Assembly (NCBI RefSeq): GCF_009914755.1
Contig: NC_060927.1
DNA from: the human T2T-CHM13v2.0 reference genome, Homo sapiens
Direction: 5' to 3' (one strand)
DNA: 64,000 bases
The translations under genes were made by a program, and so were the position numbers. Position 1 is the first letter of the stretch. Each line of letters opens with the position of its first letter. This document shows, piece by piece, positions 52,899-64,000 of this stretch. The notes under the pieces were generated by a model that ran no database searches, was not told the DNA's origin, and saw only the letters and a list, made by a program, of their open reading frames with translations.

Positions 52899-54639
52899 TA
52901 CAAGTAAATAGTCAAAATTTGGATGAAGGCTGTAACTACAAGAATGAAGATGAAGAAGCACATGGAACATGCTTGTTGGTTAATTTGCATTATATTACAC
53001 CATCTTTTTGCCCTCCTTCCTAAGACTAAAATACCCTCTCTGCCTTTTTTGGGTACTACATGTGACTTCTCGATGTTATTTTCACATTATTTTCTTTCCA
53101 CAAAAACCAAGAACTACTTTCCCAGAGCCTGTATGTGTTGAACAGATTCCACAAGGAAAGCTTATAGGAACTAGAAGTCTAAAAACAAAGCAAAATGATA
53201 AGGTTAAATGCAGAGTGAAGTATATATTTCTTTCATCTGCTAATTTCTCATTGTTAAGCACTCAAAAATCAAACACTGCTTTGAATTCAACTGTCTTCTG
53301 TGTCAAAGTCATATTTGCTAGTAAAAGCTTAATAACTGGTAATAACATAAGAACATTTCTATCCAATTGTAAAATTATTTTGCCTAGGTGAGCCAGGAAA
53401 GGTACATGGTCTGCATTTTCCCCAGTGAGGAAGAGTCATAAGAAAGGTGTATGTCACATCTATAACCTGTGAGCAAAGTTATAGACAGTGCCACCAAGGA
53501 GACATTTCTTCTCAAACTAAAGGTGTTATAACTTAACATATGGCTGCTCTTCAGTCTTCAACAAGAAATGAGAAAAGGTCACAGGCCCAAGAGAGGATGA
53601 ATATGAAGAATTCTTGTCATAGCAACAGAAAAGAAAATGAGGAATGGTTTAAGGAAGTACAGCAATAACAGTATAGCCACAGGATTTGCAAAATGCCTGT
53701 TAAGGCTAATGCTATGTTGTCAGTAATGTAGAATATGTATGGAATATCCTAAAAAATATCCATATCCATAAAATACACATTCTTGAAATGTGAAAAGTCG
53801 AAGGGATAGCAGAGTGGTATCTGTTTGTAAGGTCATCAGCTCTTCAAAGGTAAACTACTAGAGTGAGGGTGAGTCATGCATACTCAACAAGAGATTTCTA
53901 TCTGGAAAGGAAGTAGAAAGAAAATTTTAAATATCAGGCATAGGCTGGCAAGAGTTATAAAATGAGTAGGGGTTGGCATCTGAGTCTTTTTTTTATCTCC
54001 TCCAATAAAAACTGGTTTGTCTCTTGCTACTTGTAACCTTGTATGTAATACCCTATATAGTGACTTCTCCAAGCCAAGTGTCCCAGAAAAGACCATTAGG
54101 GCAACAAAACATTGAGGGAAGTTGCCTTGAGAACAAGACACAAACATCAGTTTTACAGTATAGCCTGGGTGAGGCCGATTCAGTGGGAATGAGCCTTAGT
54201 TCTTTAAAATTGTGCTGGTTAAATTTGGAAATGTGGATAGTCTTCCAGTTTTCTTCTAAGCTAATCTTTTAAAATATTTTTGGATATCTAGTATTCATCA
54301 GCTCTCTATGTTTCCCTAGAATTTCTCAGTTTTAGTGTTGGTCCTTACCTATTTCAGTTTTTCACCACTTGTCTGGAAATCTTTTTGCACGTAGAGGCAA
54401 CAAATTGGGAGGCTAAAAACAGACATGTCCCCATGGGGACCATCAAAATAGTTTTCTCCTTGTTGATAAGCATTAAATAGACCAGCCATTCACTGTGCTA
54501 AATCGAGCAAATGTGCTCAGGAAAAGAAGTTTGTGAATTCTAGACTCGTAAAATTTCAGGCTGGTCACTTGAGGTGTTTGAAATGTCACAAGGGTGACAT
54601 TAAGGCTGAAATTTGCACAGAAATTTTCCATTTGCAAAA

Positions 54640-54830
54640 CATTTTCACATCTGTAATATCATTTGACACCTTTCACAAGTGTTGAGGAAGATATTGTCAT
54701 GATCTTATGTTTAGAAATCTAGAAATTGAGGCTAAGGGCAATTATGTGACTTGAGAAAGTCAAGGCTAGCCAGCAGTTTTGCAAGGATTCAAATTCAGGC
54801 CTTTGATTTCTGAAGTTTGTTTCCCTACAG
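54640..54830 (-). mobile_element. MIR relic
   Basis: agaaattgaggctaagggcaattatgtgacttgagaaagtca...ggattcaaattcagg. Confidence 0.6.
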
Positions 54831-57573
54831 TACAAGGAATCTTACAACTTCTCTCTTTATTTGTAATTATAGAGTTAATCCTTGACAATCTAGAACTTTT
54901 TTTTTTAAACCCCAGGACACACCACTTACATGTGTTAGAACTTTTAAAATCTGAAGTACATGAATGCTTTTAATGCCCCAGTGAGAATTACAGAGGAAGA
55001 GGTTGCAGAAAAGCCTAAATGACTTGTTCAACTCATTAGAATGGATTTTAGAACTGATATATTAGAAAGTAAAAAACAAATATAAAAGAATCATCTTAAA
55101 ATAATATGAATAAACCCACCCACAAGGAGTACCTGTGCAGCCTTCTTGCCAGCTTCAAGTGTCAAAATGAACATCTCCCAAAGGCAGTCCTCAGCATGGG
55201 AGCACACCCTAATCTGTTTTCTAAAGACCACATGGAAATCAAAAGCAAACAGCAAATCAATAATAACTAGTAGATTCACATTCTAAAGAGAGTCTCCCAA
55301 CAACAGATGCATTGTTTCATAACAATACCACTCCATTATGCTCATATATTGTTTCCTCATTTATAAACTATTTTCATATTCATGAATAAATGGGAACAAT
55401 AAATGCCAAGTGGCCACCGACCTCAGGGATAAGATGAGGTTAAATTTTAAGAAGAGAAAGAGTGAAAGCTAAGATGAGAAAGAAAACATCAAGCAAGATG
55501 ATTATAAACTAAACTGCTATCAACTTGAATATAAGGGTAGAAGATAAAATGTCTGGGTGAAGAGCTGTGGGAGGCATGGCAAAGTGTCATAGAGGCAATA
55601 CAGGAGTGCTGTATGCAGAGCTATTTTAATTAATAATTGCAAGCTCTGTTATGAAAAAATGATCAACATATGCATTTAAAAGGTGGTGAGTGTATTTAAT
55701 ATAAACAGAGTGTGATCCCTTTATCACATCTTTTGCAATTTGGAAGGCTCCTCAGGGAATCTGATCCACCTTCAGAACATGCCTATGATTAAAAGCTCAA
55801 GAGGGGCCTAATCTGTTTTTCTCTGTCTTTGCTATGTCTTTACATTTTCCTCTCTTATTGTACATAGTCATGGTTGTCTTCCTCCTCCAGCCCCCCACCT
55901 CCTTCTTCTCTTCTTCCTCCTCCTTTACTTCTTTAGTAAAGAAACCTCTAATAAGATGTCTTAGCCATCTGGATCCTGTTTCTTGTGTTCATACAAGAGA
56001 AATAAATGATGACCCTTAGAAACTTAGCCATTTTTATTTGGATAATATATAGCTATATTTAATTATTTTCTGGAATTTATTTGCTTTAATCTTCATTATC
56101 ATTTTTCTTACTTTTTATACAAATAAGCCTATGTATTTACCCTGCAAGGCTATTTTATTAATTCATATGACAATCACAAAGAAAAGGGAGGATTTCAGGT
56201 ATAAGAAAGGGGAGGAAAGTGGACGTATTTTAGTAGAGTCTCGTGATTTAAAAGTTGTGTTGTGTCAATATTGTAAAATAGACTTGCTAAATGTTATTAT
56301 TCACAAATCACACATGAGGAAAGCAAGGCTTTACAACCCAGTGAGTGAAGTGGTAGCTGAATCTGAGTTCTATGAGTTCAAAGACAATGTCTAGTATTTC
56401 TCAATGCTACCATAACCTGCAAGAGAAGTCCTCCAGATTTTAAAGATGGTATGATTTTCATCATTTTCAGGATGAAATGACATGACAGCTAGAATTTTTG
56501 GAGGAAGGATAATGACCGTAATGCCATAGGTTTGCTGGGATGTAGTTTATTTGCCAGGGAAATGGTAATAAGAAAACCTTCTCAGGAAGTTAGTGGAGAA
56601 CTAAGTGAGATAGCTTATAAAGGGCCCAGTTTCCACCTGCCACACGGTGGGTGTTCAATGAATGCTTGTCCTTGTTCCTGCTTGAGAACTATTTCTTAAT
56701 GTAGTCAACTTTGCACTGCAGAAAGGTGTTGTATAATAGTTGTTCCCTACAGTAGAAACAAAGGAAGTATAATCTTTGCCCTTTCACAAAAATTAGCATC
56801 CTTTATATATTTTTTTAGGGTTTCAAGAATGAGTTGGAATATTTAATGTGATCTTCAGAGGAAGCATATTTTTATAGGTGGATTTATTTTGGGGGGAATA
56901 CAATAGCAAGAGACATAAAGTACTAATGATCCATATAGCATTTTTATTTCTCCTGACTTCTCAAGGAGGCAAACTGCCTAACTTGCAAAAAGACCAACCA
57001 GGTATCTTTAAAATAGCAATGCCAGGATTTCCTTTTATTTTCTTCACACTGGCAAGCCCATACAAACATAAACTCATGCACACATGGGCACACACACAGA
57101 CTGTTTGCTTATTTAATTGGAAGAAACAATCAGTAATCTATGAATCACAGAAGGAAGTAAGTAGGAAGAAACATTCTCTTCATTGAGCCTTTCTTTTAAG
57201 AGTTGATGAAAATGAGTATGGATAATGTAATGTCTTTCAGAAATGAATGGCAGTATCATCAGAACAACCACCCATATGTTTTCCCAAAGCAAGACATTGT
57301 GAGGTGTTAAGAGATATATGCAGGTAAGATTACATCCTTTCCTTTTGTGTTCCCAATTATTATCCCCTAGAAGCAGTAACAACACTAATACTTAGTAGCC
57401 TATATATTTGTTCATATCAAAAAACTGGCACCCGCAATGTTCCCTATTATTTTACTATAGTATTGTAGTTTTGTTTAAGTTCATCCGAGATCATGACAAT
57501 TATTTTATCTAATGTTGTTGATGTGTTACATTTAGTGGCCAAATTTTAAACCCTCAGTTCTGGTAAAGAAGAG

Positions 57574-57758
57574 AGGGGAACATCACACACCGGGGCTGTT
57601 GCGGGATGGGGGCGGGGGAGGGATAGCATTAGGAGATATACCTAATGTTAAATGACAAGTTAATGGGTGCAGCACACCAACATGGCGCATGTATACATAT
57701 GTAACAAACCTGCACATTGTGCACATGTACCCTAAAACTTAAAGTATAAAAATAAAAA
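57574..57758 (+). mobile_element. Short 5'-truncated young L1PA (L1PA3-5-like) 3' end
   Basis: ggggagggatagcattaggagatatacctaatgttaaatgac...gtaccctaaaacttaaagtata plus an A tail. TSD aaagaagag at 57565-57573 and 57759-57767. Confidence 0.95.
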
Positions 57759-57983
57759 AAAGAAGAGGTTATTGTATTTAAAATATCTCATTTCTTGATA
57801 TCTGCAAGAAATTTGCAAAATTCCTATTACTTCTATTATGAATCAATTCATTCTAAAACTCACGGGTATCTGTAATGCTTTAAGCGAATATCACCTTTGA
57901 TCATAATTATCCACGAAACTGTGATTGATAACACCCCAAAAGCTGTATTTTCATAGACGATTTCCAATTGTCTACTTTATTGA

Positions 57984-58301
<318 letters not shown>

Positions 58302-58554
58302 CAGAAAGGCATTTTAAAAATAATAGTCTCCTTTATGAAAATATAGAGCTTATTTCTATTACCACTGAAAATTACCTGTATTTGTTATTGGTGGTGGGAT
58401 TACAATAAAACACAAACCTGATATATTTTGATATTCAGGGATGCTTTTGAGCATTTTACTTATATTTAAAGAAGAGAAAACAGAGGCCAAGGGAAGTTAA
58501 TTATGAAAGTCAAAGCTAGTAACTGATAAAGCAGGGATTCAAATCTATGCCTTT

Positions 58555-61285
58555 GTTTAATTTTGATCCATGAGTTACTTAGATGTGTATGGTTTAATTT
58601 CCAAGTATTTGGAGGGGTTTTCTAGGTGTCTTAGTCTTAAATTGATTTCTAATTTAATTACATTATGGTTAGAGAACAAGCTCTATAAGGTTTTAAAATT
58701 TTTGAAATTTTAATTGAGTCTTATTTTCATCTCTAGTAGTACACCTTCTCTTAAATTCTACTTTGGTAATAACACAGCAAAATTAAGCATTAAAAATAGA
58801 CTTTTATGTTTATTGTATAGTGTATCATTTTTCATTTTTTTACTTTCAATGTATGCTTTATATAGATAGCATTTAGTTGAGCCTTGCAATGTAATCCAGA
58901 CTGATGGTCTCTGCCTTTTAACTGGAATTTTCAATCAATGTACATATGTTTGATGTAATTACTGACGTAGTTTGATTGAACTCTGCCATCATGCTTCTGT
59001 TTTCCAGTATCTCATCTATTTTTTATTCTTTTCTTCCTCCTTTCTTGACTTATTTTCAGTTAATTAAATATTCATTAGTAATTAATTTTAAGTCAATTAT
59101 TGGCTTTCTAGCTATAATTTTTATATTTTTAATCATTTGCATCTTTATCATAGTCTATTTACAGTTAATATTGTACCATTTCATGTAAAAAAGCCTTACT
59201 ATAGTAAAATTCCATTTGTTCTCCCACCCACAGGCCTTTGTGATATTGTAGTCAAATATTTTACATTGGCATGTGTAATCTTATTATTATTTTTAATTTA
59301 GTTAATATAATAAAAATGCTATCATTTTCTGTTTAAACATTTATCTTTAAGGACATTTTGAAAAGAAAATACAGTCTTTTATATTTACCATTTATCACTT
59401 CTGGTACTTTTATATTTACCATTTATCATTTTCATATAATAGTCTTTTATATTTACCATTTATCACCTCTGGTACTCTTCTTTCTTTTTTGTAGTTCAAG
59501 TTTCAATCTATTGCCATTTCTTACAAGTTTCAATCTATTGCCATTTCCTACAAGTTTCAATCTATTGCCATTTTCTACATTTCTCTTTATTATTCTCAAA
59601 GTGCAGATCTGGTAAAGATTAATTTTTTAACTTTTATTTATATGAAAATATTTTCATTTTACTTGCTGAAAATCAAATTCTAGTTTAAATTTTGCTTTCG
59701 GCACTTTAAAGTTGTCGTTCCATTGTATTTTGGCATCCATATTTCTGATTAAGAGTTACCAGTGATTTGTATCATTGTTCCTCCTGTGTAATGCGTTGTT
59801 TTTCTTTGGCTGCCTTTAATATTTTCTCTTCATCTTGGGTTTTCATCAGTTTGATTATGATGTTCCTAGATGCGATCGTCTTTGAATCAGCCTCTCCTGC
59901 TGAGGCTTACTGGGTTTTCTTTTTTGTTTTTAACCAAAATGGAAAATTTCCAGAAATTATTTTTTATATCCTATTTTCTCTTTCTTCTTTCTCTGAGACT
60001 TCAATTACATGTATGTTAGATTTCTTGTTACTATCCCTGAGGACAGGTCACTGAGCCATTGATTAATTTTTAAAAAATCTTTTATTGTCTATCTCTTGTC
60101 TTTATAGTGGATAATTTCTATCGATTTGTCTTCAACTTCACTAGTCCTTTCTTTAGCATTCTCCAAACTGATGTTAAAGTAATAAATTAGTACATTTTAA
60201 AGGTCAGATATTTTATTCATCTATGCTAAATCTCCATTTGGTTCTTCCCATAGCTTCTGTTTCTTTGTTGGGATTCTCATCTCTTCACTCATTACAACTA
60301 TTTTTACCTTAAGATCCTTGAATGTACTTTCATAGGTTTGTTGAAATCCTTGTCTGCCAGTTCTACATCTGGGTCTCGAAGATCTATATCTGGTTCTACA
60401 TCTTGAAGTCTATTTCTATGGACTGCTTATTTTCTTAAGTCTCATTTTCCTACTTCTTTGCATGTGTGGTAATTTTTAACTTTATGCTGGATATTTTGGG
60501 TGAGACTTTGTGGGGAATCTGGATTATGACATATTTCCTGAAAAATATGTTAAGATGTTGAGGTTTTTTTGTTTTTGTTTTTTTCCCCCTGTGAGAGAAT
60601 GCAATGGCAGATACTCTTGTTCTTGTGAAGCTTAGTTGTATTTTTTGTTAAGACAGGTCTATTTTGTCTTTGAATTTAATCTTAAGGTGTGGTCCTTTTG
60701 GTAGGTCATGGTCCTTACTATTATAGTATGATCTTTCTGGGGCTCAACTGAGTACCTGAGGTGCTGAGTGAAGTCTCTTTACCCTAATACTCCAACATTT
60801 CCAAGCACTGCAGGTCACCTAAGTATTTCCATTTAGCACTTAGTTCTGTGGCAGGCAATTTCTGCTGTATGGAATCTCTTTCCTCACATGCATGGCTCAG
60901 ACCTTGGCTAAGAACTTACAGTAAATTCCCATGCAGACTTCTGTCTCTCAACCCTTTCACACAGCTACCTCTTTCTTGGCCATGTTTCCTGTCATTATAG
61001 CTTCCTTGGCAGCCTTGCTATTCTAATCTCGGCCTCTTCAGTTTGGTGAGACTGTAGTTTAACTTGATATCCATGTCCCTGAACTAGGGCAGAAAAATAA
61101 ACCGAACAAAAAGCTGAGAAGATTATGGGGCTCATCCTGTGTATTTTCCTTCTTTCAGGGATCACAGTCCTGCTCTGACCATTGTCCAAGGCCTGAAAGC
61201 CGTTGCCTCTTATATTTTGTCCAGTTTTACAGTTGTTTACAGCAAGAAGGCAGATTCAGTACCAATAACTGTGTCACGGTTAGAA
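58555..61285 (-). mobile_element. Old L1M (ME/M4-type) 5' half with deletions
   Basis: tgatttctaatttaattacattatggttagagaa (ORF2), ttttctttggctgcctttaatattttctct (ORF1), and a 5'-end-like tattttgtccagttttacagttgtttacagc. Confidence 0.75.
59497..59579. repeat. 27-bp minisatellite, 3 copies
   Basis: caagtttcaatctattgccattt starts at 59497, 59524 and 59551. Confidence 0.9.
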
Positions 61286-61489
61286 TAAAAAATTCATGGG
61301 TTTATAATTATTTTTCACAAAACCTTGTGAAATAGTACTTGTGAAGTAAGTACTATTATAACCTAGTTTTTTTGAAAGTTAAATTCAGTCTAGTGAGTGG
61401 AGCAGTCATAATTTGAACCTAGGCAGTCACATTCTAGACGTTGTGGTCTGACTAAATATACTATGCTGGCTCTGCAACATAACTTATGT

Positions 61490-61686
61490 TGATTTCCTTC
61501 ACAGCATTTATCATACTCTTCATCTCATATATATGCTAATATTTATTTATTTATTTACACTCTGCTACTTCTGCTGGTGTATAAGCATCATGTATTTTCT
61601 ATTTATAACTGTCTCTCCACTGCCTAGCACAGGAATAGGCTCTTGGTGGAAATATTTAATAAGTTTTTTAAAATGAATGAATGAAT
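61490..61686 (+). mobile_element. L2 3' end
   Basis: ccttcacagcatttatca...tgcctagcacaggaataggc...aatgaatgaatgaatg. Confidence 0.65.
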
Positions 61687-61761
61687 GTAGATACTACCAT
61701 TATAAAATCATTTTTAAAATAGGGATTTTTCTTACATATTTGGTACTTTAGACTTCATCTT

Positions 61762-61779
61762 GTCTGCCACCTTGTGGCA
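61762..61779 (-). promoter_or_regulatory. Candidate CTCF site
   Basis: Minus strand TGCCACAAGGTGGCAGAC matches CCASYAGRKGGCRS with one mismatch. Motif only. Confidence 0.4.
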
Positions 61780-64000
61780 ATAAAATTTTGCAATAAAAAT
61801 AAAAATAAAAAACCCTAAAGGTAGGGAATATACAAAAGGTGATATGTATCATTAAAATCTTTGCAAGTATATACATCAAAATATATTTATATAATAAAAG
61901 AATCATAGCAGGATTTTTAATCTTGATAAGAAAGCAGTAATTACAAATCGGTCTTTAGAAATGTTCAAAAACCTTCTGATAAACAGTGGCACTGGTTTGA
62001 TGAAGTGAGCAGAGATTGAATGTATTAGGAGAGTCTGAGCATTACTTTTGGTTGAAGTAAAAAATAATACTTATATATGCCACTTCGGATATGTTATGAA
62101 TAAAAAAGAAGAGCCATTTTGATAATAGTTGTTTTCAGAGCCTTTGTATCATTGACTATTTTAGTTTAAATGGCAGTGCTTAGCTGATTAATTTCAAAAC
62201 GTATCTCTGTTGATCTTAAAACCATAAAGTTATGGTCCTTGTAGTCTTCTCTATGACAAAACAATAGAAGCAAAACTACATGATGGTTTTTAAGCTAATT
62301 TTTGTGTTAACAAGTCTCCTAAAAATATGCAGTAGACCTCACATTTACATAAAATTACAGAGAAGATGCTTCAGCAAATGCAAATAAATGCAAAAAAGGA
62401 ATATTTTAATTTTGATTCATGATTAGTATCAACTTTCACAATGTGATAATAATACAAAAGCAGAATTCTGCATTGAGTATATAACTAATGGTTGTAAGCT
62501 GTTTATAGAGTAAATATCCTAATTAATTTATTTTATCAAATACATTTGTTGACTATATTTCAGACTGTTTTAAAATCTAAGATCTTTCAAGATGTTTTGA
62601 TATTAAAATCATATGTATTGACTTATGCAGTTCTGCACTATGACCAGACCAGCAAAATGATTTATTTCACTTGATGCATTATTAATTGTACAAATTGACT
62701 GTTTAACCTTTATTGATTTACATTTCTTACTTAATGTTCAACTTAGGAACAGCAGCAAAAATTATTTTACAAAAGTTAATTGTAACGTAATAGGAAAGAT
62801 AACTTTACTATTCACTGTTGTACACATTAAATTCGGTAATTTTCAAGGTCTTGAAAAAGCATTCTTACTTTCAAAGCAGAACATTTCTAATTCTAAATAG
62901 TGAACCTACTGAAGCTGATCTTTGCATTCTCAGGAATTGCAGCATCTTGTGGTTCTTATATTTGGATTATAGTGGAATTTTTGATCTTTCGTTCTCATTA
63001 CTTTTTTTTTTTTTACTGAATTCTTGTTTACCAGAGACTGTTACTTATTTTTAATAACATTGAATTAATTACATTTTGACATGACCATGCCATTTGGAAC
63101 CCTTTTATTATTAAATACGATTCAAAAATTCATCAAAATAATCTGATATCCAAGAAATATTTCTTTTAAAATGTAGGCCATGTAGGCGGCCCTTTTTATT
63201 TGTGATTATAACCATGGAGAAGGTGAGGTATAATTACTTTTAGTGCATCTCAATTTATTATTGTTTATGTATGCCTATGGATTTTCTGAATATTTTGAAG
63301 TCTATAAATAGCTTTCAAATGTTTGTTTCTATTTTTAAAATTTTTACTTATTTATGTTCTTTGCTTTTGCATGATCAAATATTTTTTAGTCTGTAAATAG
63401 TTTTCAAGTATTTTTCCCACAAATCACCCAGATAGCCCAAAAGTTGCAATATTTTGACATACTGAAATACACATTACTTTTCCAGTATTTCTTCTTTCAA
63501 ATGGAAATAGAACAAAATTGTTTGACCGACCATATATCTTGATTTTTTTTTAAAACTATGGTTTCATAAAATGTTTCCAGATAATATAGGGAGTAAAATT
63601 TTCTTTTAATGTCAAAGAGAATCTGCCTCTATGTTTTGTAGTTTACTTAAGAGGGAGAATGGCTTTCAAACAGGTTGTCTTGTGAATTTCAAAGTGATTT
63701 TGTTGTCTGTAGGTTCTTGAGGTCAAGTTTAAGTTCACTACTAGGGCTGTGAAATATCTTGGGTAGAAACAACTTTTACATCCTAGTGGATGTGAGTTTG
63801 TAAATGACTTTTACCATACTAATAAATCTCCCATTTACAAATGAGTCTTAATATAACCGATAATCATGTTCCCCAGTTGGTTATTAAGAAAGCAGGAATT
63901 ATATGTTCATATTGATACTAGTTTGCCATTTGTACCCAAAAGAAGTACAGGATGTGAGATGAGAAAATGAACAACACAAAAATTCTAGGTAAATTGCTCA

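Noticed and set aside
55133-55220. Possible minus-strand cryptic exon (ctttag|AAAAC...GCACAG|gtactc)
   Set aside because: Weak donor and no similarity to SPATA16 coding sequence.
59497-59579. Regular 24-bp repeats reminiscent of a CRISPR array
   Set aside because: The spacers are 3 bp, there are no cas genes and the context is primate; it is a simple minisatellite.

Overview
Primate (human or very close ape) AT-rich genomic DNA lying inside the spermatogenesis gene SPATA16, which is transcribed from the minus strand. I can support only one coding exon: 90 bp at 35259-35348, encoding (R)SIVLNPAYFRNHLRQATVFRCLERYSEAA(R). This is exon 4; its last base is the globozoospermia site c.848G/R283. 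The rest is intron 4 (left) and intron 3 (right). These introns are filled with Alus, nested L1s, solo LTRs, hAT DNA-transposon fossils, MIR/L2/L3 relics and microsatellites. I found no prokaryote-type system and no new protein-coding gene. The best second-look items are: (1) an unexplained ~190-bp inverted repeat with a 107-bp core about 91% identical by hand alignment (23692-24764); (2) an inverted Alu pair bracketing the in-frame exon 4; (3) a 24-nt orphan retro-insertion with a perfect 13-bp TSD; (4) tailless 5S rRNA and U2 5' fragments; (5) a sense-oriented ERV1 LTR carrying RFX/MYB/TATA motifs. Repeat subfamily names come from my recall of consensus sequences, not from a RepeatMasker run.
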